From NCBI RefSeq assembly GCF_006345805.1, contig NW_021835367.1:1-53318 (forward strand): a stretch of DNA of 53,318 nucleotides. Direction: 5' to 3'. The notes beneath the pieces were generated by a model. That model was not told where the DNA came from and did not search any database. It saw only the letters and a program-made list of their open reading frames with translations. This stretch comes from Octopus sinensis (taxonomy: Eukaryota). Of the stretch, positions 12,212 to 25,647 are shown piece by piece (position 1 is the first letter of the stretch; the number at the start of each line of letters is the position of its first letter). Position numbers and translations under genes: made by a program.

Positions 12212-12318
12212 TATGTGTTAGGGAAGCAAGCTTCTTATCATACAGCCACGCTTGCTCTTATAGTTATGAAGTTAACATCTTGACAACCTCTTCCTGCCTG
12301 TGTCCATTATCTGAATTA

Positions 12319-12526
12319 CAAAGTGTGCTGAAATGTTCCTGGCCTTGGGCAAAAGAAAGTACAGGCGGAAAAGTTAATTACGATTTTATTCAACATATTC
12401 CAATCTCAAACACTCACTGTAGTGGTCCTTCAGCTTTTCGAAACCCTGTAAAAGAACTCGGAAGTCTAGGCTTCCAATCAGGCCTTTTGCGATATCATTA
12501 AAGCCATAAACTTTTCAGCACCCCAT
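12319..12526. mobile_element. Small mariner-like MITE
   Basis: Inverted ends GTGCTGAAATGTTCCTGGC (12325-12343) and GCCATAAACTTTTCAGCAC (12503-12521), 3 mismatches. Confidence 0.6.
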
Positions 12527-12736
12527 CATTCCAGAACGTTTCCGAAGACATACATAAAGGATGAGGAATTTAAAGGGACCGTACACAGCCCAGGTTTTGT
12601 GATACGACACGATCAGAATTTAAACCGCATTTTGAGCATGTAGTTAGGAAATTAGCTTTTTAAGTCCATATCCATGCTTTAGTCTATAAGCTATCCACTC
12701 AGTCAAATGATACACACTTTTATTGGTTATTAGTTG

Positions 12737-13098
12737 TGGCACTCCGTCGGTTACGACGACGAGGGTTCCAGTTGATCCGATCAAAGGAACAGCCTGTTTG
12801 TGAAATTAACGTGCAAGTGGCTGAGCACTCCACTGACACTTGTACCATTAACGTAGTTCTCGGGGCGATTCAGTATGACAAGGCTGGCCCTTTGAAATAC
12901 AGGTACAACAGAAACAGGAATAAAGAGTGAGAGAAAGTTGTAGTGAAAGAGTACAGCAGGGTTCGCCACCATCCCCTGCCGGAGCTTCGTGGAGCTTTTA
13001 GGATTTTTTTTCGCTCAATAAACACTCCCAACGCCTAGACTGGGAATCGAAACCGCGATCCTACGACCGCGAGTCCGCTGCTTTAACCATTGAGCTTC
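12737..13098 (-). mobile_element. SINE family B, tail variant 1
   Basis: tRNA-like head on the minus strand, shared body, tail ending GTCGTCGTAACCGACGGAGTGCCA. Confidence 0.9.
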
Positions 13099-13575
13099 CA
13101 CGTATAGTTGTACATAAGCACACATTCATGCCGTTACCTATATGTTATCTGCCCGACCACCTGAAATTGACGTTCAGTGGTCATTGCTTGTATAGAAGCA
13201 CACATCCATGTCTTCACCTAAGATCTCTATTCGGCCAAATAACATAGGCGTTATTGGTGCGACCATTGGTTGCACATAAACGTATAGCCATGTCTTCGCC
13301 TATAAATTATTTGCCCGACCAACTGATACAAACGTATGGTGGCCATTGGTTGCACATAAGTGTATAACCTATTTACACGGCGTTATTGTAAACATCTTGA
13401 AACAGTTGCTTTCTCTCTCTTCCTCCCTCTCACCTCTCTCTTTCCCTCCTGTCTCTTTCCCTCATCTCTTCTCCTCCTCTTCATCCCCTCTCACTCTCCT
13501 GCGTCTCTCTTTCACTCCCCTCTCTCACTCCTCTCTCTCTCTCTCTCCAAGGATTTTCTCCGAAAATTCAATATT

Positions 13576-13800
13576 AAAAAAATTTTTTTTTGCCCACAAG
13601 GGGCTGAACATAGAGAGGACAAACAGATTAAGTCGATTACATCGACCCTAGTGCGTAACTGGTACTTAATTTATCGACCCCGAAAGGATGAAAAGCAAAG
13701 TCGACCTCGGCGGAATTTGAACTCAGAACGCAGCAGCGGACGAAATAACACAAAGCATTTCGCCCGGCTTGCTAACGTTTCTGCCAGCTCGCCGCCTTTT
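13576..13800 (-). mobile_element. SINE family A
   Basis: Family A sequence flanked by duplicated CCGAAAATTCAATATT. Confidence 0.85.
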
Positions 13801-14339
13801 TTCTTCCGAAAATTCAATATTTGCTTGTCTGCCTCCTTCCCACCTCTACTTGGCAAACGAACTTATCCAAATTTCCGATCTAAAATCTGGTAAGTGCCAG
13901 TCGAAATGTCTGTGTGAGCGACTTTATCCTTTTCTCATCTGAGACGGCTTTATTGCTATCACTACCACTACACGGACACACATTAATATCGGTTATCTCA
14001 AACGAATCACAGTGCTTGGAAGTGCTTACAAAATATTTCTCCTCATGCAAAACTAATTCTCCTCTTTTGTTTCTCCTCCTTTTCTCCTCTTCCTCCGCCT
14101 CTTCTTCCGCCAGGCATCTCTTCCTCTTCCTCCACCTCCATTGCCTCGTGTCATGATATAATTAATAGAATAGAACTGCTTAAGTATTTTTTCTTTCTTC
14201 GTTTTGTAATAGTATTTTTTTCGCCAGAAGAGGAATTAGGCAACTTGGAGAGTTAGGATAAAGGGAATTTAATGTGAAAATATAATTGCAGGCGCGGATG
14301 TTAGTTCCCAACCTAGTGGTTTCGGGTTCGCTCCCGCTG

Positions 14340-14713
14340 GGATCTTTTCGGTTTGAACGGCAGTTTTTTCTAGCGGTGTCATATGAAATTGTCACCCATA
14401 ATTATGACCCTAGTATCGATCTATTGCATTTAAATCTGTTTTAGGGTTGGGGTTAGTTAGGGTTAGGGGTGGGGGAAGGGTATCTTTTTTTTCTTCCCAA
14501 ATGTAAATAAACCCAATTTGTTTCTGAAACGAGGGACATATTCATACGGCACAGAATGCTTTTTAACTCAATAGACGTCACTGATTGGTTGAAATTGCAG
14601 AAATTGAAGAAAACAACAACAAATATCTTACAAATTACCAGTATACGAAGTTAAAAATTTTTTAGTTACCGACAAATTAATGTTAAACACAGCCGTTCAA
14701 ACCGAAAAGATCC
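14340..14713 (-). mobile_element. Telomere-repeat TIR element, internally deleted, inserted in a family C SINE
   Basis: Same TIR as the 3836 copy; flanking CCGCTG at 14334-14339 and 14714-14719. Confidence 0.9.
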
Positions 14714-15463
14714 CCGCTGACTTCTACTATAACCCCGGGCCGAGCAAAGCCTCGTGAGTGGATTTGGCGGATGGAAACTGTAAGTACCGTGTCATATGTG
14801 TGTGCATTTATGTGGTTGTCTTTGTCTAAGACACCACTTCATAACCGGTGTTAGTTTGTTTACACTCCCATAACTTAGCGGTTCAACTCAATTGATCGAT
14901 AGAATAAGTAGCAGGATTGGAAAGATAAGCACTAGGGTCGATTTGCTCGACTAAACCCCTTTCAATACGGTTGCCCCAATATGGCCGCAGTCCAATGACT
15001 GAAACAAGTGAAAAGCAAAAGATAGCAACAACAACAACGACGACAACGACAACAACAACAACAACAACAACATCAACAATAACAACAACAAAATTAGCAA
15101 CAGGGAATATCAACAACATCAAATAGAAGCTAGAGTAATAATTGGATGGGCCAAGGTCGCTAAACAGGGAAGTTCTTGTCGTTGGTGGTGGTCGTGTTAC
15201 CGAGGTGTCAGATGATGCACGTGAGGGTGTTTGGCTGTTCCAACACCTTAGCCTCGCCATCGCCTGTGGTAGTGCCGCGAGTGGTAGTGCTTGGTTCAGT
15301 AGGTTCCGTTGGACCTTGTGGTTGAAGCATTTAATGTTGAAATGATCTTTTTTCACTTCTTTTTCTTTCCTTCTTCCTCTTTTTTCTTTCTTCTTTTTCT
15401 TTCCCTTTCCTCGCTCATGTTTGTATTTCCTTCTGTTTTAGATTTGTATTTTAAAGTGATTTG

Positions 15464-15500
<37 letters not shown>

Positions 15501-15782
15501 GAATTAGAGATAAAAACCACTATTAGGCAACTCAAACAGTGATAGACATAAACCAATACATAAAAAACAAATAATATAAATATAATTAATTAATACTAAA
15601 TTTGATTTAGTATTAGCAACAGCAACAACAACAACAGTGGTAACAACAACAACAAAATTAGCAACAGGGAATACTAAATCTAATATTTAATTATTATAAA
15701 TCTAATGTTTAATTAGTTATTGATTTATACTAAATCTAATTTTTCCCTGTAAGTTTGGAGCCATACTCCCTAATATTATTAT

Positions 15783-15857
<75 letters not shown>

Positions 15858-15871
15858 GTATGTATATTTTA

Positions 15872-16187
15872 GACTCCCTTCGGTCATGACTGACGATGGG
15901 ATTGCACCTAGAATGTTACCCTCCCAGGCACAAGTCCGGGCAATGATGTTTATGGAAGACCAGCAGTCGCCCATGCATACTGGCTGCCCCTCTCTATGCC
16001 AAGGGAAAGGTAAAGGCCGATACGGCTTGACACCTGTGACGTAGCAACTCATTTCTACAGCTGAGTGAACTGGAGCAACGTGAAATAAAGTGTCTTGCTC
16101 AAGAACACAACACGCAGACCGGTCCGGGATTCGAGCTCACAACCTCACGCTCGTAAGCTTAGCTCTCTAACCACTGAGCTATGCGCC
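15872..16187 (-). mobile_element. tRNA-derived SINE family D with CORE-like centre; fragments at 25123-25249 and 34672-34776
   Basis: Minus strand GGCGCATAGCTCAGTGGTTAGAG...TCGAATCCCGG, then TTCTTGAGCAAGACACTT...CAGCTGTAGAAATGAG resembling the CORE domain (from memory). Confidence 0.8.
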
Positions 16188-16217
16188 TTCACATATGTAT
16201 GTGTGTGTGTATGTATG

Positions 16218-16270
<53 letters not shown>

Positions 16271-16343
16271 GTTTTATGTATGTAATTATTATCTTTGTTG
16301 GCAATAAAATCTCTTGTGAATATAACATTAACAAAAGCAGTAA

Positions 16344-16374
<31 letters not shown>

Positions 16375-17257
16375 GGCAGTAACAAAAACAATAAAACACC
16401 AGAAACAACAACAATAATCCTTTCTAGTTTAGGCACAAGGCCGGAAATTTGGGATGCTAGTCGTTTACATTGCACACCACGCCACCTAGTGTTGGACTGG
16501 TACTTATTTTATCAACTCCGAAAGAATGAAAGGCAAAGTCGACCTCGACGCTTTTCATGATTTAAGAAATCTTTTCACGTAACTAGTTTTCCTTTCATGG
16601 GGCGAGGGACGTTTCTGTTAGTTTTAGCCACAAGTTATTTCACCAAAGATCGTTGTTTTGTGAAATTTTTGAAGGAAAACAATCCCTGCAATCAATTAAG
16701 ATGTCCCCTGGAAGTAAAAAAAGAGAAAAAAAGGAAAAATACGTTCTAATATATATAATTCATAATTCCACTTCAAAACTATCTGTTTCTCTGTTGTTCT
16801 ACAAAGCATGGGGAACGCCTCCATTTAAACAGTAGCTCCTAAGGGAAAGCTTGTATGTCGAATTGCTCTGGAAACTTTGCTGTTAAATGTTAGTTAGGGA
16901 ATTCATCCAAGTCACAGCTCACTCGTCAAGTAGATAGAAATGTAAAATCTCCATAAAATGAATGTCAATAAAGATAAAAAGATTATAATCACAAGAACAA
17001 CACAGAGCAAAAACAGTACGGCAGTAGTAAATATACCGGAAGCTGTCAACTGAGCAAGACGCCATTTTGATTTTATGTGCACGAGAACCAAGGGCGTCAT
17101 TAAATAATTCAAGGAGTGATTCTCTCCTTTCTTTTATTGTATTTTTCTTTTTCTATTCTTTTCTCCCACTCTCCATCTATCTCAGTTTGTTATTCTCCAG
17201 TGATAGTACTTCCACCACGACCATAACCACTGCTTTAATCCCTCCACTGCGTCTGAT

Positions 17258-17259
17258 TA

Positions 17260-17344
<85 letters not shown>

Positions 17345-17349
17345 GTCCG

Positions 17350-17412
<63 letters not shown>

Positions 17413-17492
17413 GTCTGGCTGTCTGTCAATCTATCTATCTATCTGTCTGGCTGTCTGTCAATCTATCTATCTATCAGTCTGGCTGTCTGTCA

Positions 17493-17552
<60 letters not shown>
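17258..17552. repeat. (CTAT)n tetranucleotide repeat; (TCTG)n/(TATG)n at 21229-21700
   Basis: Seen directly. Confidence 0.95.
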
Positions 17553-17553
<1 letters not shown>

Positions 17554-17863
17554 GTTAGGGTTAGGGGTGGGGGAAGGGTATCTTTTTTTCTTCACAAATG
17601 TAAATAAACCCAATCTGCTTCTTAAACGAGGGACATATTCATACGGCACAGAATGCTTTCACCTCAATAGACGGTCAGTGATTGGTTAAAATTGCCGAAA
17701 TGCAAGAAATTAAAGACGAAATATGTTACAAAATACAGAATTTTCTCAAGAAAGCCAAGAGAAAATGATGTTTTATAAACACATTCTACCAGTATACGAA
17801 GTTTAAAATTTTTTAGTTACCTAGAGATTATGTTAAAAACTGCCGTTCAAACCGAAAAGATCC
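17553..17863 (-). mobile_element. Telomere-repeat TIR element, one end missing
   Basis: AGTTAGGGTTAGGGG... to AAAAACTGCCGTTCAAACCGAAAAGATCC. Confidence 0.85.
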
Positions 17864-17899
17864 ATATATATGTGTGTGTATCTTTATGCATGTATATAC

Positions 17900-17967
<68 letters not shown>

Positions 17968-18215
17968 CTTGCGTGTGTGCGTGTGTGTGTAACCAAAACG
18001 GATATAAATGTATATAACAAGGAAATATGTGTCAGTTTCGATATCAGTCTGTCTGTGTTGCACTATTTGACCTCTGTGACTTCAGCGATTGTCATCTACT
18101 CTTGACACGCCGACTTGTGCATATGAGTGCACATGTCAGCCCTTTATGAGTCGACAGGTGCATCTATCGTTGCACTCAGTAAATGCACCTAACATTGAAA
18201 TGCAAATGCGTTTCT

Positions 18216-18753
18216 ATACCTCGAAACTCGAGTCCGTGTGTATCATAAGTTGAAGACGGGAAGGATGACTTCCCTTTGCAAATACTGACAGGACACAGAT
18301 AGTGTGTCTATGGCCAGCTGGAGGAGTGTGTCCTCCTGGGGCTAAAAACTACAGTAGCATCCACCCTTAGGGGTTAGCCATATTGAAATGGCAAAAATAC
18401 GTCACGATGTGTTACCGCTACTGTATATAACTTACTTTGATATTTATCATTGTTTGATTTCACTTTTTCAATATCAGCGACAGTGGACGTGGAAAAATTA
18501 TAAGTATTTGTGAAGGAAATCTAATTCTCGGCGACAACTATGATTGTCACACGCTGACGAGAGGTCAATACCTCGAAACTCGAGTCCGTGTGTATCATAA
18601 GTTGAAGACGGAAGGATGACTTCCCTTTGCAAATACTGACAGGACAGATAGTGTGTCTATGGCCAGCTGGAGGAGTGTGTCCTCCTGGGGCTAAAAACTA
18701 CAGTAGCATCACCCTTAGGGGTTAGCCATATTGAAATGGCAAAAATACGTCAC

Positions 18754-18754
<1 letters not shown>
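18216..18754 (+). mobile_element. Retrozyme-like tandem repeat, 352-bp monomer, about 1.5 copies, ending at a (TA)n tract
   Basis: 18216-18406 repeats at 18568-18754 with only small deletions; a hammerhead spans the monomer junction. Confidence 0.85.
18535..18604 (+). ncRNA. Type I hammerhead ribozyme
   Basis: CACACG-CTGACGA-GAGG(TCAATA)CCTC-GAA-AC(TCGA)GT-C/CGTGTG. Conserved core complete; stem I extended by ATGAT/ATCAT and CAACT/AGTTG; predicted cleavage after 18586. Confidence 0.9.
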
Positions 18755-18786
<32 letters not shown>

Positions 18787-19368
18787 CGGGAAGCTTTATG
18801 AAAATAAACAAAAGACGAAGGCAGGTGGAGTACAAACAAACAATTGTATTAGTATGGCGCTCATATACACCTTTGCATATGCATATTTACATAGGCATAG
18901 GCACACCTTTTATTTTTTTATGTTTTACTTGTGTCAGTCATTAGACTGCGGCCTTGCTGATGACCCACTTTGAAGATCTTTAGTCGAATGAATCGACCCC
19001 AGTACATTAAGCCTGGTAATTATTCCATCAGGCTCTTTTGTCGAACCGCGAGATTATGGGGGATATAAACACACCAACACCGGTTGTCAAGCGGTGGTGG
19101 GAGGACAAACAGAGACACAAAGACACACGGCGGGTTTCTTTCAGTTTCCGTCAGCCAAATCTACACACAAGACTTTGATCGACTCTAAGCTACAGAAGAC
19201 ACTTGCTCAAGGTGTCATGCAGTGGGACTGAACCCAGAACGATGTGGTAAGGAAGCAAACATAGACACGCACATATACGCAACTTTATATAGCACAACAA
19301 GCATGTTTAGAACGAATGACTGAAACCTCTACGTGGTCGCTCGAGATGCTAGATATAGTAGCCAGACT

Positions 19369-19785
19369 GGATCTTTTCGGTTTGAACGGCAGTTTTTAAC
19401 ATAATTTCTAGGTAACAAAAAAATTCAAACTTCGTATACTGGTAGAATGTGTTTATAAAACATCTTTTTCTCTTGGCTTTATTGAGAAAATTCTATAGTT
19501 TGTAAGATATTTGTTGTTTTTTTTCTTCAATTTCTGCAATTTCAATCAATCACTGACGTCTATTGAGGTAAAAAAACATTTTTTGCCGTATGAATATGTC
19601 CCTCGTTTAAGAAACAGATTGGGTTTATTTACATTTGTGAAGAAAAAAAGATACCCTTCCAGCCACCCCTAACCCTAACCCTAAAACAGATTGAAATGCA
19701 ATAGATCGATACTAGGGTCATAATTATGGGCGACAATTTCATATGACATCGCTAGAAAAAACTGCTGTTCAAACCGAAAATATCC
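19369..19785 (+). mobile_element. Telomere-repeat TIR element, full length
   Basis: Both TIRs present; flanks GCCAGACT and GCCAACT form an imperfect duplication. Confidence 0.9.
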
Positions 19786-21016
19786 GCCAACTTCCTTCAG
19801 ACGGCATCTATTGCCTCAGCAAGAACACCTCCGATGAATAAGATTGCTTGATCTCGGAGATCGCGGACTAAACAACAACCTCAACAGGTATACACACATA
19901 CACATACATTTCTCAGTTCACAAACACATCAGTCAGCGACATTGCCCCCATATAGTAGCAGCCAAAACTTATTCATATCAAAAATTGACTAATATAATAT
20001 GTAACTGCAATAGGCCTGGACAAAAAAAATGCATGGAATGGTCACGGTTGGAACGACTTTTATCATGGGTCTACCTGAGACGAAGCAACAGCTTCTTACA
20101 CCCTGCCCACTTTTGTAAATCTGTTTACTCCCACTTCTGCATGTTTCCCTATTTATATATGTATCTTGAAACACTAAAATATATGATCCGCCTACTTCCA
20201 TGTATGATCCGCCCACTTTTGTACTCTCCAGCGATTTCATTTTTGGAGTTGAAAACACGCCTACTTTTATATAATCCACGCCTCCATCACATAGTATTTT
20301 AATCTACGTATTTTATTCATAACCACTTTTATAAAATCTATCACCTTGGCACATAGTCTCTCTCTCTCTTTCTCTCTCTCACACATACATATATATTTGA
20401 ATACATACATACACACACACACACACATATATAAATATATATGTATATATATTTGTATATATATGTATGTATATGTATATATATATGTATATGTATATAT
20501 GTATATGTATATGTATATATACGTATATATATATATGTGTGGTGTGTGTTGTGTGTGTTGTGTGTGTGTGTATGTGTATGTGTGTAAGTTTGTAGATTTA
20601 TAAATATGTATATACGTACGTATATATATATGTGTATATACTCTTTACTCTTTTACTTGTTTCAGTCATATAACTGCGGCCATGCTGGAGCACCGCCTTT
20701 AGTCGAGCAAATTGACCCCAGGACTTATTCTTTGTAAGCCTAGTACTTATTCTATCGGTCCCTTTTGCCGAACCGCTAAGTTACAGGGACGTAAACAACA
20801 TATACAGATATACGACGGGCTTCTTTCAGTTTCCGTCTACCAAAAAATCCACTCACTAGGCTTTGGACGGCCCGAGGCTATAGTAGAAGACACTTGAACA
20901 AGGTGTCACACAGTGGGTATATGTATACTGTAGAATTTAAATATACATACATACATACATACACATACATACATACATACACCTCCTCCACACACAAACC
21001 CACGCACACACTTATA

Positions 21017-21177
21017 TTTATTAATATTTAGCAGGCGCAACAGAGTGACTCAAAGTGCGAGAGTTTCGTGCGTTGGTACGGTAGCAAAAACACGAACTAA
21101 GTCACACTTGAAAAATGCCAACGCACGAAACTCTGGGACCTTGAGTCACTCTCATGCTTCTGCTAAATATTAATAAA
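21017..21177. repeat. Foldback element with about 55-bp interrupted inverted arms
   Basis: TTTATTAATATTTAGCAG/CTGCTAAATATTAATAAA, AGAGTGACTCAA/TTGAGTCACTCT, AGAGTTTCGTGCGTTGG/CCAACGCACGAAACTCT. Confidence 0.85.
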
Positions 21178-21250
21178 AATATACATTTGAATTCTATTTT
21201 CCTGTTTGCATTACCAAATTCATATCTTCATCTATCTATCTATCTATCTA

Positions 21251-21296
<46 letters not shown>

Positions 21297-21390
21297 ATCT
21301 ATCTGTCTGTCTGTCTATGTATCTTTCTATGTATGTATTATCTATGTATGTATGTATGTATGTATGTATGTATGTATGTATGTATGTATG

Positions 21391-21424
<34 letters not shown>

Positions 21425-21635
21425 TGTATGTATGTATGTATGTATGTATGTATGTATGTATGTATGTATGTATGTATGTATGTATGCATGTATGTATGTA
21501 TGTATGTATGTATTATCTATCTGTCTGTCTGTGTCTGCCTGCCTGCCAGCCTACCTAAATGTCTGTCTGTCTGTTTATGTATGTATGTATGCTTGTATGT
21601 ATGTATGCATGCACGCATGCATGTATGCATGCATG

Positions 21636-21667
<32 letters not shown>

Positions 21668-22702
21668 TGTATGTATCTATCTATCTATCTACGTCTGTCT
21701 GTCTGTCCTTCTATATACATTAACATATATAGACACGCACATAAATGTGTATATATGTTTGCGTATATGTATGAGCGTTGTTGTTTGTGAGTATGTGTTC
21801 ATATGCTTGTGTGTGTGAGAGAGAGAGAGAGAGAGTGTCCTATAGAAACTTGGACGATTCAGTTTAATTGAATTCTGTACAAATTTATAAATTCGCTTAA
21901 TTGCATAACTCCGAAACTGAAACATTTAATCTGAAACGCAAAAGTGTAAAAAGTCTTCGCAATATATCGGTTAATTGCATATGCAATTAAAAAATTCTTT
22001 TATTTTCGGTTAATTGAATGCAGCTTTGATTTTTATTAGTTCTGAGTAACCATAAATTTTCGAAATGTTGCTTAAAATTGGTTGAATACCTCTGATATGG
22101 TATTGTATAGGAAGACAAGGTAAGGCCGTTAGTAGCGAGAGGTGAGGAAGGTAAAGGAAAAGGATGAAATTCTGTTACTGATAAGATAAAAGAAGAACTA
22201 AAGAAAAGGTTAAAAAAAGTGTTTTAAGAATTTTTCTTTTCTTTTTTAAGAAACTTTTTAAAAAATCGCTGAAAGAAACAATTGCTTAAAGAAAAGAAGT
22301 TTTCTTTTTTTTTTTTTTTCAAGCATTACAAACTTCACAAATTTCAATGAACTCTCGAAGAAAATGTTTCTAGAACAGAACAATTCACAAAATCTCAAAC
22401 ATTCTCAAAGAATCTCGAAAAGTTCGGAGTCTTCAGAGTCATGAAGTTTTAAAGTTTTGAAGGACAGATAGACAGATTGAGAGATAGATAGGTAGGTAGA
22501 AAATTTTGGTTGGTCCGAAGCTTTGGTAGAAGACAGTTGTCCAAGGTGCCATGCAGTGAGACTGAACCCGGAACCATACAACCACGCCTGCACCTGTAAT
22601 TCTTAAAATGCATTAATTAACTAGATAGTTATAAATTACGTATCCTGATATTTAATTAATTAACCAGAGATTTAAAATATGTTGATTAACTAAATAGTTA
22701 GA

Positions 22703-22935
22703 TATTTCTTTATTACCCACAAGTGGCTAAACATAGAGGGAACAAACAAGGACAGACAAAGGGATTAAGTCGATTACATCGACCCCAGTGCGTAACTGGT
22801 ACTTTATTTATCGACCCCGAAAGGATGAAAGGCAAAGTCGACCTCGGCGGAATTTGAACTCAGAACGTAACGGCAAACGAAATACGACTATGCATTTCGC
22901 CCGGTGTGCTAACGATTCTGCCAGCTCGCTGCCTT
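22703..22935 (-). mobile_element. SINE family A
   Basis: Full copy; TAACTAAATAGTTA is duplicated on both sides. Confidence 0.9.
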
Positions 22936-23552
22936 CTCATAACTAAATAGTTATAAATTAATTAACCAGGAAGTTTAATTAACAAGATAGCTATAATTAC
23001 ATATTTCTTAGTGTGATTGTAAAGCTAAGCCTGTATTGCTAAAATCAAAGATTCAGTTTTTTCAACCCATATACCACCCTTGTTCCTTTATACCCTTATA
23101 CATTTACAATGCACCCCTAAGGTACTAAATACGTTCCCCGTCTGCCATCCCTCATTGACCCTTAGTGCATGTACTCAATGGTACAACAACACGAGACATT
23201 ATTTCGTATGGGAAATATGCGAACGATTTTCCCGCCACTGAAAGAATTTGACACTTCACTGTGTTTTGTTTGCCTTGTATTTTGTCTCATGCTGGAAACT
23301 TTCAAATTTCTTCCAAAGAAGTCTCCTCTCTGATTGACTTCAATATAATTCTTTTCTCTCCTTTCTTCAAATTCAACGAAGTTTTGACGTTCAATATTCT
23401 TTTTTTGCCTTTTTGTTTTGTAATTTTGTAATTATTTTGTTGCTTTATATTTTATTTTATTTTACTTCTTGTTGATGACCTTCGAGATATCTTTTAATAA
23501 TCCACAAGTCTTTTGACGATATTATTAACAGCGAGGAATTCTTCCCTCCAGA

Positions 23553-23596
<44 letters not shown>

Positions 23597-24620
23597 CGCG
23601 CATTTACACACACACACACACGAACACAGTCGCACATGCACATACGTAAACTAAAACTCATTCACATATATACACGCGGACATACACACACAGGTATTCA
23701 CAGCTTTATTCCCTTACACACACACATACACACGCACATTGTTTTGGCACAATACTTACCAAGTTCTTCAGGTTTCTAATTTCCGTCAAAGAATTCTCGA
23801 AGATACAACTCCATTCCTTCGTGTTAATTCAATTCATATATAAAATAAAGCTCAGTTTTCAACGACAGATTTACAAATGAAAACCAAAATAAAACACACA
23901 AAAGAAAAAAAACTCCCCCCCAAAAACACAGAAACAAAAATATCCCACCACGAAAACAAAATGTCCGCCGTTAAGTGGACGCGACGCTACTGACGATGTT
24001 ACTGGTAGGAATAGTACTAGTGTTGGTGGGGGTTGATGCTGATGGTAGTGGTGGTGGTTGTGATGGGGGTAGTAGTGGTGGTGCGACGAAGAAAAAGAGA
24101 GAAAGTGAGGGTTGTAGGAAATAGGGGAAGATTTGTTTCGTTTCAGGAATGGTGACAAGGAAAAGAAGCAAAAGTGCTGTTTTTTTTTTATTGTACAGAA
24201 CTCACAGAACACAGAACAATACAACCACCCCCTCCCCACCAAAAGCAAAAAAAAAACACATCCAAAACCAAACAGAAAATAAAGAAAAAAAATTCTTGTT
24301 TGTTTTCTTTACCGCCTAATGTTCTTCTTGTTTTTTCTTTATCACAGACAATCTGGCATCCAAAAACGCTTCTATCTTAATTAATGCTAATCTGAAGTTT
24401 GAGTTTCTTCTTTTTTGGTCTCCCTCCGACTTCTTCTTTTTCTTCCACTTCTTCTTCTTCTTCTTCTTCTTCGCCTTCTTCTTCTTCTTACATTTCTTCT
24501 TCTTTTCCTCCTCCTCCTCCTATTATTTTCTTCTTCTTCTCCTTCCTCTTCTTCTTCTTCTTCTTCTTCTTCTTCTTCTTCTTCTTCTAGTAATACTCTT
24601 TGGCGTTGTGGCTGTAATTG

Positions 24621-24667
<47 letters not shown>

Positions 24668-25034
24668 GCACACACACACGCTGTCAATACATCTCTGTCT
24701 CTCTTCGAGAGAGAACAATATGGCATGTGTGTCGTCCGTTTCTTGTCGGCAGGAACATCTACCGTAGCGGTCTTTTGTTCCTTACGTTATCTGATTGAAA
24801 GAATGCTAAAGAATGAAGTACGTGTGTATGTGTGTGTGTGTGTGTGTGTGCGTTTGTGTGTGTTAATGTGGAGTTGTAAATGGTGATGGAGATTGGGGAG
24901 AGAGAGGTGGCCTCTGGTGGAGGAAAGGGGGTAACAGAAAGATAAAGATAGTGAGAGAGGGGTGCAAGTTGTGCGCACGCCACACACACACACACCTCAC
25001 ATATATGTGCACATACGTACACATATACATACAA

Positions 25035-25074
<40 letters not shown>

Positions 25075-25647
25075 ATTATTCTCTCATATACGCGCGCACT
25101 CATATAGGCGCGCACTCATATAGGCGCGTGCCTAATGGTTAGGAGGTCGCACTGTCGATCTTACGACCAAGGTTTCGATTCCTGGATCGAGCAGTGCTTT
25201 GTGTTCTTGAGCGAAACAGTTTATTTCACTCTGCTCTGGAGGGTAACTTTGGAAGTTTGGTAGCATACTTTCCCGAAGCTTGTATAATATCAGGAAATAT
25301 GGCAAACATATAATAATTACTGTTTAGCTTTTATCAAATGTCTTGGTGCTTGCTCGAAATGATGAAATGAATATATATTTTCAAAAAAAAAAAATTTTAT
25401 TACCTTAAAATAAAATTTAATAAAACAAATTTCTTAATTACAAATGAAAAATTTTGTTTTATTAAATTGATTTGTCAAATTTATTTTCAAACGCTTGCCT
25501 CTTAACGTCATGGTTCCGGGATCAAACCCATTGCATGGCACCTTGGGGAAAGTGTATTATACTATTGCCTAGGACTGACTAAAGCCTTCTGAATGGATTG
25601 GGTAGACGAAAACTGAAAGATGTCCGTCGTATATATAGATGTCCGTC

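Noticed and set aside
19844-20302. 152-aa ORF with CNC, reminiscent of the PLE linker
   Set aside because: The following cysteine spacing and YIG motif are absent
23152-23229. Possible minus-strand exon AGKSFAYFPYEIMSRVVVPLSTCTK
   Set aside because: The acceptor is fair but there is no convincing donor
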